Source: Candidatus Cloacimonadales bacterium (GTDB taxonomy: Bacteria > Cloacimonadota > Cloacimonadia > Cloacimonadales > JAIOQZ01). Taken from it: 64,000 nt of DNA. The stretch is from contig CAXXTU010000002.1 of assembly GCA_963662655.2 (NCBI GenBank), forward strand, positions 3,456,001 to 3,520,000. Reading direction: 5' to 3'. The translations under genes and the position numbers were made by a program. Shown here one piece after another: positions 28,913 to 39,394 of the stretch. Below the pieces are notes generated by a model. The model was not told the origin of the DNA. It saw only the letters and a list, made by a program, of their open reading frames with translations, and searched no databases. How positions within the stretch are numbered: position 1 is the first letter of the stretch; every line of letters begins with the position of its first letter.

Positions 28913-30259
28913 GGCACTGTTGCAAACTTAGTGGGTAAGTCGAAAAAAAGATTGAGAGGAATCACCCGATCTCGTACAATCTCCTAATCACCACAACAAG
29001 GAGATAGAGATGAATGATCCTCTCAGAAAACAAGTCTGTAAAACGTTGTTGGCTTTGCAAGGTTATTCTGCCGACCAGATAATCGAAGGTACGTATCAAA
29101 CTTATCCATGCATTGAAGTCCATGTTCGAAAGGAAGATGAGCCACGTTGTCCTACATGCGGTATTGTGGGAACAGTTTATGATCATCGAGTCCGCAAAAT
29201 TCTTCATGCATCCATATCCTGTCGTCCCGTAGTACTTGTGCTAACGCTTCGCCGGATCAACTGCGCTCAGTGTGGAGTGAAAACTGAACAACAGGATATT
29301 GCCGAGGGTCTCAATCGACACTCTAAAGACTTCGGCAATAAGGTTCTCCAGTTCACGCTTCGTTCAGACAATGCTTCTGTAGCACGGATATTCGGTGTGG
29401 ATCGGAGTACGATTTATCGAATCGACAAAATTGAGTTATCCAAGTTGGAAAAGGGTTATAGAGGACGAGTTCCGAATGTCGATCAGATTGCAATTGACGA
29501 GATTGGTTATAAGCGAAGGCATAAGTATGCAACGGTTATCACAAACCATGAGGACGGGCGTGTGATCGACCTGACAATGGGCAAATCGAAAGAAAGTGCG
29601 AAGGAGTTGTTTCGAAAATACGAACGACGACTCCGCTGGATTGATACCGTAACAATGGATTTCAGTGGTTCATATATCGGCGCTGTTTCCGAGTGTTGGA
29701 GTGCCGATATGATCGTATTTGATCGTTTCCATTTCAGCCGCCTGGTCAACAGGAAAGTGGAAGAAGTACGACGAGAACTTCAGAGAGATTTTGAATCTGA
29801 CAAGTTGCGTCAGAGCAAGAAACACGACCGGTGGTTGGTTTTGACCAGAAAACACAATCACAAAGAAAACCATCAAGCCCGACTCAAGAAACTGGAGACG
29901 CTAAATCATCCCCTTTACGAAGCCTATTTGCTCAAAGAAGATTTACTATCGATTTTCGAAGACGATATTACGCAAGAAGAAGCGAAGCCGATGATTGAAG
30001 AGTGGTGCAGAGTTATTCAGAAAACCGTCTTCGAGCCACTGAAGGCACTTGCAAGAACGATTATGAAGAGATTGCATATTGTGTTGAACTGGTTCAAGCA
30101 TAGAATCACGAATGCCAAGGCAGAAGCGGTTAACAACGTCATTCGAACCATTATAAAGAGAGCGTATGGATACAAGGACTTCTCATACTTCAGATTGAAG
30201 GTTCTGCAATGTTGCGGATATCTGAATACCCATTCACCCACTTAATATGCAACAGTGCC
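28913..30259 (+). mobile_element. ISL3-family insertion sequence (1347 bp), complete
   Basis: Imperfect 24-bp TIRs GGCACTGTTGCAAACTTAGTGGGT and (reverse complement) GGCACTGTTGCATATTAAGTGGGT; 8-bp direct repeat TTAAATAA at 28905-28912 and 30260-30267. Confidence 0.95.
29010..30245 (+). CDS. ISL3 family transposase
   Basis: Zinc finger CPTCG...CAQCG, IAIDE, TMDF, FDRFH, TNAKAEAVNN, AYGY. Confidence 0.95.
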   Translation: MNDPLRKQVCKTLLALQGYSADQIIEGTYQTYPCIEVHVRKEDEPRCPTCGIVGTVYDHRVRKILHASISCRPVVLVLTLRRINCAQCGVKTEQQDIAEGLNRHSKDFGNKVLQFTLRSDNASVARIFGVDRSTIYRIDKIELSKLEKGYRGRVPNVDQIAIDEIGYKRRHKYATVITNHEDGRVIDLTMGKSKESAKELFRKYERRLRWIDTVTMDFSGSYIGAVSECWSADMIVFDRFHFSRLVNRKVEEVRRELQRDFESDKLRQSKKHDRWLVLTRKHNHKENHQARLKKLETLNHPLYEAYLLKEDLLSIFEDDITQEEAKPMIEEWCRVIQKTVFEPLKALARTIMKRLHIVLNWFKHRITNAKAEAVNNVIRTIIKRAYGYKDFSYFRLKVLQCCGYLNTHSPT

Positions 30260-30322
30260 TTAAATAATTGACATTTTTATCGTATATTCCCCAACTTCTA
30301 CAGCAAAGTAGAGGAGTTTACG

Positions 30323-31420
30323 ATGAAGCGCACTATATATGGATTTTTACTCGCTTTTTTGGTTTCTTTCATACTGACATCATGTGATATACAGCTCCGG
30401 AGCGACGCCCCGTACAAGCTGATCGATCCGGACAACAGCACCATGGTGTATGGGGTGTATCCGCAGGGGGATGGAACGTACAAGATGGTTGTCCATACAA
30501 ATACCCCGACGAAGACACCAAAGTCGGAGATATGCAGCTTTGATTCCGACTGGCAGATTACGGAAAGGAAGCCATTGCCGCTTGATTCACTGGCCGTGAT
30601 CAAGAAGGTGGTTGAGGGTCCTGCGTCATACTGGATGGTCGTGCAGAATTATGTGTACGGAGAAGGTTTTTCGACATCCATCTTGCAGGTGGATCGCGAA
30701 GGCAACGAGCTCTTTCGGGAGCAGATTGCAACCTCCGCTGAAATGCTCGATCTCGACGTCTTCATGCAGGACGGCGAAGGTACGATGGTCATTTATCGGC
30801 CGGATCAAACGTTGTTCTATCGTTTCCGCGATCGCGAGATTGACCACGACTACCTTGTGGTCGGTCAGCCGATCGATCGTGTGAGCGTCCATCCGGATAA
30901 AGCCGGCGCACTGTATGCATCCGGCATGATCGATGGCGTTCTGACCATTTTCGAGTTCAACCTTGCGAATCAGGTGTTTTCTCCGATCCTCTCAACAACC
31001 GGTTTTCCCGAGGGCTTGAAAGTGCGGGATTTTGCAATAGGAGCAAAAACGCTGGTTGCATTATACCATGCGCAACTTAACGACGCACCGCCTTCCGACC
31101 AGTTGATCTATGTTGTCTCGCCGGATAATCCACCCATTCAGATTCCCTACAAAGGCTTCGTTACCGATTTTCTGGATTGGAACGGAACGCAACTGATTGC
31201 TGGGGTTGAAAAGGAAGGCGAAAAGACGCAACGAACATCCGCGGTGAAAATCCTGGAAGTTACCGACGACAACACAACGAAAGCCCTCCATCGCTACGAT
31301 CCTAAAAACCTCGTGATACCGGAAGCAATCCTGAGCGGAGACACGGTTATCCTTTATGGTCATGTCGGGCACCCGCTGCTGGGTCTGACCGGATTTGTTC
31401 AGGAAATCGCATTGAAGTAG
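30323..31420 (+). CDS. Hypothetical lipoprotein (beta-rich)
   Basis: Lipobox LTSC after a hydrophobic signal; SD GAGGAG. Confidence 0.75.
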   Translation: MKRTIYGFLLAFLVSFILTSCDIQLRSDAPYKLIDPDNSTMVYGVYPQGDGTYKMVVHTNTPTKTPKSEICSFDSDWQITERKPLPLDSLAVIKKVVEGPASYWMVVQNYVYGEGFSTSILQVDREGNELFREQIATSAEMLDLDVFMQDGEGTMVIYRPDQTLFYRFRDREIDHDYLVVGQPIDRVSVHPDKAGALYASGMIDGVLTIFEFNLANQVFSPILSTTGFPEGLKVRDFAIGAKTLVALYHAQLNDAPPSDQLIYVVSPDNPPIQIPYKGFVTDFLDWNGTQLIAGVEKEGEKTQRTSAVKILEVTDDNTTKALHRYDPKNLVIPEAILSGDTVILYGHVGHPLLGLTGFVQEIALK

Positions 31421-31580
31421 GCGGTATTCGTTCGCTTCTTGGATTTAATGGTTTGCATGAAAGAATCTGCTGCTGTCTACAGTATAGCAAAGCTGCCGGA
31501 AAATTCTTGTGGACAGAAAATCCGCTTCGGCGAAAAGATATCCTGAACAAAGACTGTTATTTGCATCAGGAGGATATAGA

Positions 31581-31838
31581 ATGGACGAAATGAGAGAGCT
31601 GAAGCAGATTATTATCGATGATCTCAAGCTGGAAGGACTCGATCCGGAAGATATTCAGGACGATCAACCGTTGTTCGGTGAAGGCCTTGGACTGGACTCC
31701 CTCGACGCAGTTGAATTGGTGGTGATTCTTCAGAAACATTACGGAATTGAACTCAAGGATATGGACAAGGCTCGCGAAGTGTTCACCAACATGAATACGC
31801 TCGCCGAATATGTAAGAGTGAATCGGAAGAAGCAATGA
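31581..31838 (+). CDS. Acyl carrier protein
   Basis: PLFGEGLGLDSLDAVEL (Ppant serine); AGGAGG before ATG 31581. Confidence 0.93.
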   Translation: MDEMRELKQIIIDDLKLEGLDPEDIQDDQPLFGEGLGLDSLDAVELVVILQKHYGIELKDMDKAREVFTNMNTLAEYVRVNRKKQ

Positions 31839-33022
31839 CATCCCTTCCCGTTTCCGTAACAGGTATGGGTTGTATCTGTGCTGCGGGTGAAAATGTAGAA
31901 GACGCTGTCCGGAAAACCTATACGGGAACCAGATTGCCCGTGCTCCCATCCAGACTTCAGGTGAATCTCGATAAAACCTATCCGGTTTTCGAGGTGGCCA
32001 GCGATCTGGACGGCATTTGCGATAATGCCAACCGCACAACTCTTTTGGCACTCGTGGCAGCGGAAGAAGCGATCAAACAAGCCGGATTGACCCACGATTT
32101 GATTCGGAGCAAGCGTATCGGCGTTTGCATGGGGACTACGGTCGGTTGCACGTTGAGCAACGAACCGTTTTATCGCGAGTTCAAAGCAGGCTCCAAGCCC
32201 GATCTGGCCCCCATCCATCGCTATCTCAGCAACAATCCCGCCGAATATATCGCCCACAAGTACGGCATGAAAGGCCCCATCGCGACCATCGCCAACGCCT
32301 GTTCTTCCGGAACGGACGCGATTGGCATGGCGAAGGGATGGATTCGGAACGGGCATTGCGATATCGCCATTGCGGGTGGAGTGGATGCGCTATCACGTAT
32401 CACATACTTGGGATTCATCTCGCTTCTGATCACCTCAACGCAGGCTTGCAGGCCGTTCGATAGGGACCGTACCGGACTCAACCTCGGAGAAGGCGCGGGA
32501 ATCGTCGTGATCGAGCATCCCGATTCGGCCCGAGAACGGGGCGCGAAGTCCTACGCCGAATGCGTCGGCTTCGGATGCAACGCGGATTCCTATCACCCCA
32601 CAGCGCCTCATCCCGAAGGCGTAGGCTTGATCAACGCCATCAACAGAGCGCTCTCCGAAGCGGGAATCGGCGCGGACAAGATCGGATTCATCAACGCGCA
32701 TGGCACTTCCACGCCGGACAACGATAAAACCGAAGGCAAGGTGATCGCGAAGATGTACAAGCCGGGAACCCCAGCCGTCTCCACGAAGGCTTACACGGGA
32801 CACACGCTGGGCGCGGCCGGCGGTATCGAGGCGATTTTCACGATCCGTTCGTTGATGGACGGTATGGTGGCCCCGACAGCCGGATTCGAAGAGGTCGATC
32901 CCGAATGCGTTATCGCTCCCACGACCTGCCTCACGCAAATCGACGCGGAGTACGCGATATCCCATTCTCTGGCTTTTGGCGGCAACAACTCGGCGCTCAT
33001 TTTCCGGAGGAGCAATTCATGA
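31835..33022 (+). CDS. Beta-ketoacyl-ACP synthase (KS, FabB/F-like)
   Basis: Catalytic triad NACSSG, NAHGTST, TGHTLGAAG; C-terminal AFGGNN. Confidence 0.95.
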   Translation: MTSLPVSVTGMGCICAAGENVEDAVRKTYTGTRLPVLPSRLQVNLDKTYPVFEVASDLDGICDNANRTTLLALVAAEEAIKQAGLTHDLIRSKRIGVCMGTTVGCTLSNEPFYREFKAGSKPDLAPIHRYLSNNPAEYIAHKYGMKGPIATIANACSSGTDAIGMAKGWIRNGHCDIAIAGGVDALSRITYLGFISLLITSTQACRPFDRDRTGLNLGEGAGIVVIEHPDSARERGAKSYAECVGFGCNADSYHPTAPHPEGVGLINAINRALSEAGIGADKIGFINAHGTSTPDNDKTEGKVIAKMYKPGTPAVSTKAYTGHTLGAAGGIEAIFTIRSLMDGMVAPTAGFEEVDPECVIAPTTCLTQIDAEYAISHSLAFGGNNSALIFRRSNS

Positions 33023-34020
33023 AATTATCCATACTTGGAATCGGCCCGGTATGCGCACTCGGCTCCGGGATGGAATCCTTCAAATCGGGCTTGCGCGGAG
33101 AGCGACAGCCGAGAATAGAATTTGAAACCGTCGAACCTGCGTCGGGAGCAAAGCAACTACCGGTTTACAAACCCATTGTGGAGCGTATGGCGGAGTTTAT
33201 ACAGCCACGGGCTCTCAGGCGTCTGGACGATTTTTCCCGCATCGCGCTTCTTTCCGCATACCTCGCGGTGGAAGACGCCGGCGTGGAATTTCCCGATTTA
33301 TCCAGAGTCGGCATTATTTTTGGATCGGGGCATGGTCCCGTCCGTACGACTTTCCGGTTTCTGGACAGCTACATCGAGGACGGCGATAAAGTGGCCTCGC
33401 CGATGCATTTCGTGAATTCGGTGCACAACGCCGTTTCCTCCCAAACCTCGATCTTCATGGGAATCAAGGGTCCCTGCCAGACGATATCCTGCTTCGGTCA
33501 TACGGCGGCCGCGGTGTTTTCCGCCGCTTCCGATTGGCTGGAAACTGGACTGGTGGACTACGTTCTTGCCGGCCTTGGCGAGGAATACTGTGATCTGATG
33601 GGTTACTCGCTTGCCTCCATGAAAGCGCATCCGGCCACGGAGATGCATCCGGAAGATTTTTCGCGATGCAGCTTTCTTCCCGGCGAAGGGCATGTGGCAT
33701 TCCTGCTCGGCAGGGAAGATGTCCCCGGGAGATGCAAGATCAACCGCGCTCAGCTTCGTTGCGCACCGGAGGACGCCATTCTCGAGGAATCGGCCGTGTT
33801 CACGGCGGATGGGAACCCCGAGAGCGGCAAGGTGTTTGCGAAGCTTGCGGGTAAGGTCAAAGACTACGATATTTTCACGCAGTACTGGGGCGGAATGCCC
33901 ACGGGAATCGGTTTCGATCTGGCAGCGGCTTCGTTGAAATGCGGTGAAGCTTCCGGCGCGATATCCTGCTGTGAGTATTGCGGTAACGGTGAGATCAATG
34001 TCTATTCGCTTACGCGCTAA
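33019..34020 (+). CDS. KS chain-length factor (non-catalytic ketosynthase homologue)
   Basis: LRRLD, SPMHFVNSVHNA; Gly at the catalytic Cys position (TISCFG versus TIANAC); ATGA-coupled to KS. Confidence 0.82.
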   Translation: MKLSILGIGPVCALGSGMESFKSGLRGERQPRIEFETVEPASGAKQLPVYKPIVERMAEFIQPRALRRLDDFSRIALLSAYLAVEDAGVEFPDLSRVGIIFGSGHGPVRTTFRFLDSYIEDGDKVASPMHFVNSVHNAVSSQTSIFMGIKGPCQTISCFGHTAAAVFSAASDWLETGLVDYVLAGLGEEYCDLMGYSLASMKAHPATEMHPEDFSRCSFLPGEGHVAFLLGREDVPGRCKINRAQLRCAPEDAILEESAVFTADGNPESGKVFAKLAGKVKDYDIFTQYWGGMPTGIGFDLAAASLKCGEASGAISCCEYCGNGEINVYSLTR

Positions 34021-34645
34021 TCTGATCGTCCTCTGCTTGATGCTGGTGGCCATTCTCGGAGGACTGGGTACCGATGAGCTTTTCCGGCAGTTCCAGGAGA
34101 ATACAGCGAATCGTACCGGTTTCACGGCGAACTTCGAACAAGTACGCCACGTTTCTCTTTTCATGGACGAGCTTCGCGCCGAGGGAAAATGTTGGTTCGA
34201 GAAGCCCGACAAACTCCGATGGGAGATTACCTCTCCGTACCAGAGCATCATGATATACAATGATGGCGAGATGGGGCGGTTCGAGCTCCGCGACGGTGAG
34301 TGGCGTGAAATGGATACGGGCGCAAAAGACATGATGGGCGCGGTTCTCGGGCAGATTTCGGCCTGGATGGAAGGGGACTTCGAGCAGGCTTCGCAGATGT
34401 ACGGGATAACCCTCCGGGAGGAAGAGAATCCCGTGGTAGTTCTGGAACCGGCGAATCAGGAACTCCGCGATTTGATCCACTCGATCGAGCTTACGATCGA
34501 TCGAAGAGTATGGGGAATAACCAGCGTCAAGATTCGAGAGAATGAAGGTGACTATGTCATGATCCAGTTCACGGGGCAAATCGATAATCCGAAGATCGAT
34601 CCCAGGATTTTCGATCCCGACCATCCCACGACTTCCCATGAATAG
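33998..34645 (+). CDS. LolA-like lipoprotein carrier
   Basis: FTANFEQ.R, G..WFEKPDKLRWE..SPY; N-terminal signal peptide. Confidence 0.85.
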   Translation: MSIRLRANLIVLCLMLVAILGGLGTDELFRQFQENTANRTGFTANFEQVRHVSLFMDELRAEGKCWFEKPDKLRWEITSPYQSIMIYNDGEMGRFELRDGEWREMDTGAKDMMGAVLGQISAWMEGDFEQASQMYGITLREEENPVVVLEPANQELRDLIHSIELTIDRRVWGITSVKIRENEGDYVMIQFTGQIDNPKIDPRIFDPDHPTTSHE

Positions 34646-35336
34646 AATTCTCACGCTCTGCTTTGTATTCCTTGCCTTGATCGCTTGCAGCAATACACGT
34701 TATTTACAACCCAATCCGTACGAAAACCCTGACCTGAAACGACGATACATCGATGTCGCCGAAAACCGGTTTCCGGCCAGCTTCACATCTCAGCAGCGAA
34801 TCGTGCTAAGCGTTGGAAGCAAGGAGTATGATTTCATCGGATTTCTGGCTGTCCGGGGCGATTCGATACGCGCTGTCGCGATGAATGAATTCGGCGGCAA
34901 GATGTTCGACCTTCTGGATAACGGTTCGACCGTTTCCCTGCTTACCAATGCACCGAAATTGCCGGAAAATCCCATCATCGAGGGTGTCGCCGGCGACCTC
35001 AGGTTATGTTTTCGTGCGCTCCCGGCAAGCAAGTACAAGCTGGGCCTGATGGGCCTTGAACCGGTGTTGACGGGCGTCGATAGCAGGGGTGCAGTCAGGC
35101 TGTTCGAGTTCTCGAATCAGGAGAAGCAGACGGTTCATTTGATCGAGGTCGTGAAAGGGGAAAAGATACGTGAGGCGAACATCCGCTTCAAACAGGATTA
35201 CCGTGAGCCGGTGCAGATCGAGGTTGTCAATCACAAGTGGCATTACAGCATGAATATACAGGTTCTTAAAATCGAAGACACATTACCGGACGAGAAGCTT
35301 TTCGAGAACACCAAGGCCAAACGGAGCGAGCGGTGA
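34638..35336 (+). CDS. Lipoprotein, DUF3261-like
   Basis: Lipobox LIAC, ..FGGKMFDL, DL.L and C-terminal N....Y...I pattern; typical neighbour of LolA and MMPL. Confidence 0.7.
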   Translation: MNRILTLCFVFLALIACSNTRYLQPNPYENPDLKRRYIDVAENRFPASFTSQQRIVLSVGSKEYDFIGFLAVRGDSIRAVAMNEFGGKMFDLLDNGSTVSLLTNAPKLPENPIIEGVAGDLRLCFRALPASKYKLGLMGLEPVLTGVDSRGAVRLFEFSNQEKQTVHLIEVVKGEKIREANIRFKQDYREPVQIEVVNHKWHYSMNIQVLKIEDTLPDEKLFENTKAKRSER

Positions 35337-37735
35337 GGAGAGCGCTTTTCTTTGCATCGATCATCGTCCTGAGCGTGTTACTGGGATACTCGGCTTCCGG
35401 TATACGTTTTGACGAAGATGTGATGAACCTCCTTCCCGACGGCGACCACGAGATTGCCCGTCTGAGGACTCTACTCAGCCAGTTCGGGTTCTCCAACCGA
35501 GCGCTGTTCCTGGTGGAGGCGACGCAGGGAGATGAACCGCCTTTCGCGATCGCCGATTCTCTGGCACGGCGATTGAAGGCGAGTACGCAGTTCACGGATG
35601 TTCAGGCCCGGTGGGACTTAAAGCAACTCCAGGATGCGCTGGACTTTCTACGGGAGCATCGCGCAGCCATTCTTGATGAAAGCGACATGGAAGAAATCCG
35701 TGAGCGTTTCGCGCGGGAATCGATCCGAACGCGTCTGGACGAGTGGAAGAAGGCGTTAACGATGTCCTTCGATCCATTTTCGGCAAAGCAAATGGCGAGG
35801 GATCCGCTCGGGCTGGACAGTCTCTTGACGGTCAAGCTTCAGATCATGCAGTCCGGCGGAATCAAGGTTATAAACGGATGGCTGATAACACCGGACAATC
35901 GGGGGATTCTGGTCACCGCTCAGCCTGTTTCCAGCGGAACGGACAATACTTCGGCCATAGAGATGGTGAAGGAGATGGATGAAGCGATTGCCCAACTAGG
36001 CTCGATAGCTCCCGATGTGCGCATAAGCTGGCTTGCAGGGCACCGTTTCACAGCCGAGAACGCAAGCCGCATCAAGCGGGACGTCTCGCTCACGGTAACC
36101 ATTTCGCTGATCATGATTATTCTTCTTTCGATTCTGGTGTATCGAAGGCTGTACTTTATCCTGCTTACGCTTGTGCCGGCGCTATTCGGCTCCCTGGCCG
36201 CGCTCGGGATCACGAGGGTTTTCATACCGCAGATTTCGGCTGTCATCGCCGGAACGGGAGCGATGCTCATCGGAATTGCGGTTGACTACGGGATTCATCT
36301 GCTCTACCACATCGATGGTTCGGAAAAGATCGAGCGTCGTGAGATTGGTGACGTTGTCCGTCATCTGCGAAAGCCGCTTTTCTTGGGAGCTGGGACAACT
36401 CTGGCAGCGTTTCTGGCGCTGCAATTCAGCATTCTTCCCGTTTACCGGCATCTGGGGATTTTTGTGGGTGTTGGAATAACAGCTTCAGCGCTTTTTACGG
36501 TGTATGTCTTGCCGGAGCTGATCAAAGGCGGAGGCGTTGCGCGCAAGCCACTGGTGGGGCTCGAATCTGCATTCACCAGTCTTTTCCGCCAAACGGACAA
36601 GCTCGGTTTGTGGCTGTGGATACCGATTGCGGCAATATCATTGTTGCTTCTTCCGGGTTTTCTTCGCGTACGATTGGAGGGGGACCTGCAATCGTTAAAC
36701 GCTACCTCGCAGAGGCTTGCGGAAGACTGGGCGATCATCCAGGACCGATTCTCTGGTGTCACGCCTTCGACGCTGATCGCAGTCAGCCGGGAGAATACGC
36801 AGGAAGCGCTGGATGAAAACCTTCAGCTGCAAGCTTTCCTCCATACATTGCAGGCAAATGGCGAGCTTCAGTCGGTTCGATCCATCGCTGCTCTAATGCC
36901 CTCACGGTCCAGACAGCAAGAAAACATTTTACGTTGGCATACGTTTTTCAGTGACCGTGAATTGATGCGTATTCGTGCGGATTTTCAGGCGATTAGCGAT
37001 GAATTGAGGATCAACGCAAAGGTGTTCGATTCCTTTTTAATAGCATTGGAGCGTTCGACGGAGAGCTTCGGATACAAGGATATCCGCTCGGGCTTGCTCA
37101 GGCAGATGATTTCGGGATATTTCATCGAGAGCGAGGCGGAGACGACGGTGATAACCGGTGTTGAAGCGCCAGGAGATGTCGAGTCGCTTTACGAGAAGGT
37201 GGAAACACGATTTAGCGATGCGGTGATTTACAATGGTCAGGCGTTTATCCAGCGCGTAACGCGAACGATTTACCACGAACTCGCGAAGATCAGTATCGCC
37301 GCGCTTGTCTGCGTCTCGCTGTTCATGCTGATTTTCGGCGGTAAGCGAGGGAGGTCGTTCCTGTTGCTTCTACCGCTTCTGGTGACACTTTACTGGACTT
37401 TTGGGATTTTAGGAACTCTGGGGATTTCCGTAAACCTGATCAACTGCATTGTCTCGATCTTCATTTTCGGACTGGTCATCGATTACTGCATTTTTCTTGC
37501 GGAATCCACGACGAACAACGAAAGCAGCCGGTATCGGGTGCGTTCGGGTGGGGCGATTCTTGTATCAGCGTTAACGACCATGTTTGCTCTGGGCTCGCTT
37601 GTGCTGGCGCATCATCCCGCGCTGCATTCGCTTGGGCTTACAGCGCTTATCGGCATATCAAGTGGGTTGATTTCCGTTTTTCTGCTCGTTCCCATCCTTT
37701 TCAGGAGCAGGGGAGAGGATTCTTCCTGCCGGTGA
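35333..37735 (+). CDS. MMPL/RND family exporter
   Basis: Two TM bundles with GIAVDYGIH and GLVIDYCIF, plus large periplasmic loops. Confidence 0.9.
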   Translation: MRRALFFASIIVLSVLLGYSASGIRFDEDVMNLLPDGDHEIARLRTLLSQFGFSNRALFLVEATQGDEPPFAIADSLARRLKASTQFTDVQARWDLKQLQDALDFLREHRAAILDESDMEEIRERFARESIRTRLDEWKKALTMSFDPFSAKQMARDPLGLDSLLTVKLQIMQSGGIKVINGWLITPDNRGILVTAQPVSSGTDNTSAIEMVKEMDEAIAQLGSIAPDVRISWLAGHRFTAENASRIKRDVSLTVTISLIMIILLSILVYRRLYFILLTLVPALFGSLAALGITRVFIPQISAVIAGTGAMLIGIAVDYGIHLLYHIDGSEKIERREIGDVVRHLRKPLFLGAGTTLAAFLALQFSILPVYRHLGIFVGVGITASALFTVYVLPELIKGGGVARKPLVGLESAFTSLFRQTDKLGLWLWIPIAAISLLLLPGFLRVRLEGDLQSLNATSQRLAEDWAIIQDRFSGVTPSTLIAVSRENTQEALDENLQLQAFLHTLQANGELQSVRSIAALMPSRSRQQENILRWHTFFSDRELMRIRADFQAISDELRINAKVFDSFLIALERSTESFGYKDIRSGLLRQMISGYFIESEAETTVITGVEAPGDVESLYEKVETRFSDAVIYNGQAFIQRVTRTIYHELAKISIAALVCVSLFMLIFGGKRGRSFLLLLPLLVTLYWTFGILGTLGISVNLINCIVSIFIFGLVIDYCIFLAESTTNNESSRYRVRSGGAILVSALTTMFALGSLVLAHHPALHSLGLTALIGISSGLISVFLLVPILFRSRGEDSSCR

Positions 37736-37923
37736 CGGACGTGGCATCTTCGCCCGATCCCCCTTTGCCGCGGGGATATACCACACCCAATTATCCACTA
37801 ACATGATTTCGAGGAATGAAATCACAGCGTTCATGATTTCGTTTAGACTACGTCAAAGCCGAAAATTGGCTGTGGAACACCCCGCGGCAAAGCGGGATCG
37901 AACCAATCTGCTCGCGTCCTCGT
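37735..37923. repeat. Dispersed long-hairpin element, copy 3 (longer apex)
   Basis: Same basal motifs. Stems CGATCCC/GGGATCG, CTTTGCCGCGGGG/CCCCGCGGCAAAG, CCACA.CCAATT/AATTGG.TGTGG; the apex sequence differs from copies 1-2. Confidence 0.9.
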
Positions 37924-37936
37924 TGAGATAACGTTT

Positions 37937-39178
37937 TTAGAATTGGGTAATAGCCCAGGGTTTCTCGGGCAGTCCGAACAACTTCTTCAGCAGCGCTTCG
38001 CTATTGGGATTTTGTTTTCCGCAAAGACCGAATGCAAGGCATTTATCGATAGAGATTGCACCAACCATGAGCGACGAGAAGTTCTGGATCGTCATTTCCA
38101 GGGTGGCATCGACTTTTCGTTCTTTGGCGATCGCCGGTTTGCCTGCTTCCCAACGGACAGCTAATCTTGTTTTCGCTCCCGGAAGAAAATCGTCCTCGAT
38201 GCGGAACCTTATGGCGCAATCGACATTCTGCCAAGGGTAATGCATGATTGCTTGTGGGACGTCCATCACCCGGTACATGAATCCCATACCTGTCTGATAG
38301 GTCTCGTGATAGACCGGCATCACGAGTTCTCGGCTCGTGTGACGCGGGTCCGCCATCAGGTGAAGCAGGCTCTCGTCGAACATGGGGAGCAGAATCTCGT
38401 TGATCTGGTCGAGTTGCGCTTGCAGGAATCCAAGGATTCCGCGCAGAGATTCCGTGTTCTCGTATACCAGCGCGTAGATTTTGATGTCGTTGGTAAGGGG
38501 ATTCTTGCCCACTTTCTCGAATCCGAAGATCGCGTATGCTGTGATCTTGCTTCCCTTGCGGTAACCGATCCAGCGAATCACGGGATTCTTCAGGTCCTTC
38601 TCGAAGTCGTACCGTTGCTGACGGATCATCCCGTGGCGCATCTTCAGCACGCGTTCGTAGCAATTTTGAACGGCTGTCAGATTGTTGATCGAGAGGAACT
38701 CGACGTTGTCGCGGAGATCGGATGCAGGAAGTTGTTCAGGCCTCAAGCGGAAGAAGTGCTGCAGGATTCCGTGACCGTAGCCCATCTTGTAATAGAAGTC
38801 GGGACGGAAGGGATAGAGGATGGAAATGGCGGTTTTCTTTCCGACACAATATTGATGATACCAGGCAAGCATGTCACGCGCGACCTTCTTCTTCTTCTGC
38901 AGAAGATCCACGGCCACCAGTCCGATACCGGTTACAGGAATGATCTTTCCGTGGAAATTCATCTCGAAATCAAAGATGCGCATTCCGCCCATCAACATGC
39001 CATCGTCGAACAGACCGTACATGCGCTTGTTCGGACATTCGTCCTGTTCCTTGATCAACATCTCACGAAATCGCTTGCGCCTGTCGGGAGCATCGATAGC
39101 CCAACCTGGATACGCGTTGCGCGTGATTCCTTCAAATTGCTCGATCTCACTTGCTTCGAGTTTGCGTACGACTCTCAT
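37937..39178 (-). CDS. Eis-family GNAT acetyltransferase with SCP2-like C-terminus
   Basis: TGIGLVAVD, SILYPF..DFYYKMGYG, FMYRVMDV, IEDDFLP; start 39178 after SD GGAAGG. Confidence 0.88.
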   Translation of the reverse strand: MRVVRKLEASEIEQFEGITRNAYPGWAIDAPDRRKRFREMLIKEQDECPNKRMYGLFDDGMLMGGMRIFDFEMNFHGKIIPVTGIGLVAVDLLQKKKKVARDMLAWYHQYCVGKKTAISILYPFRPDFYYKMGYGHGILQHFFRLRPEQLPASDLRDNVEFLSINNLTAVQNCYERVLKMRHGMIRQQRYDFEKDLKNPVIRWIGYRKGSKITAYAIFGFEKVGKNPLTNDIKIYALVYENTESLRGILGFLQAQLDQINEILLPMFDESLLHLMADPRHTSRELVMPVYHETYQTGMGFMYRVMDVPQAIMHYPWQNVDCAIRFRIEDDFLPGAKTRLAVRWEAGKPAIAKERKVDATLEMTIQNFSSLMVGAISIDKCLAFGLCGKQNPNSEALLKKLFGLPEKPWAITQF

Positions 39179-39394
39179 TTTTCCTTCCTTACTTTCTTTT
39201 CGTTGCCCTGAAACCATATGCGAAGTCTGCACGACCGGCAGATTCTTGTCAAAGAGAAACCAAATGCGCTCGCAATAAGGGTGGGTGGGAACGCTTGCGC
39301 CTTGGAAGGCAATTTGCCCTCTCTTTTCCCCAGCAAATTGCATTACAAAGCGCAAGCGGGACCTCATAAAAACGAGTGCATTTGGTTTCTCATG

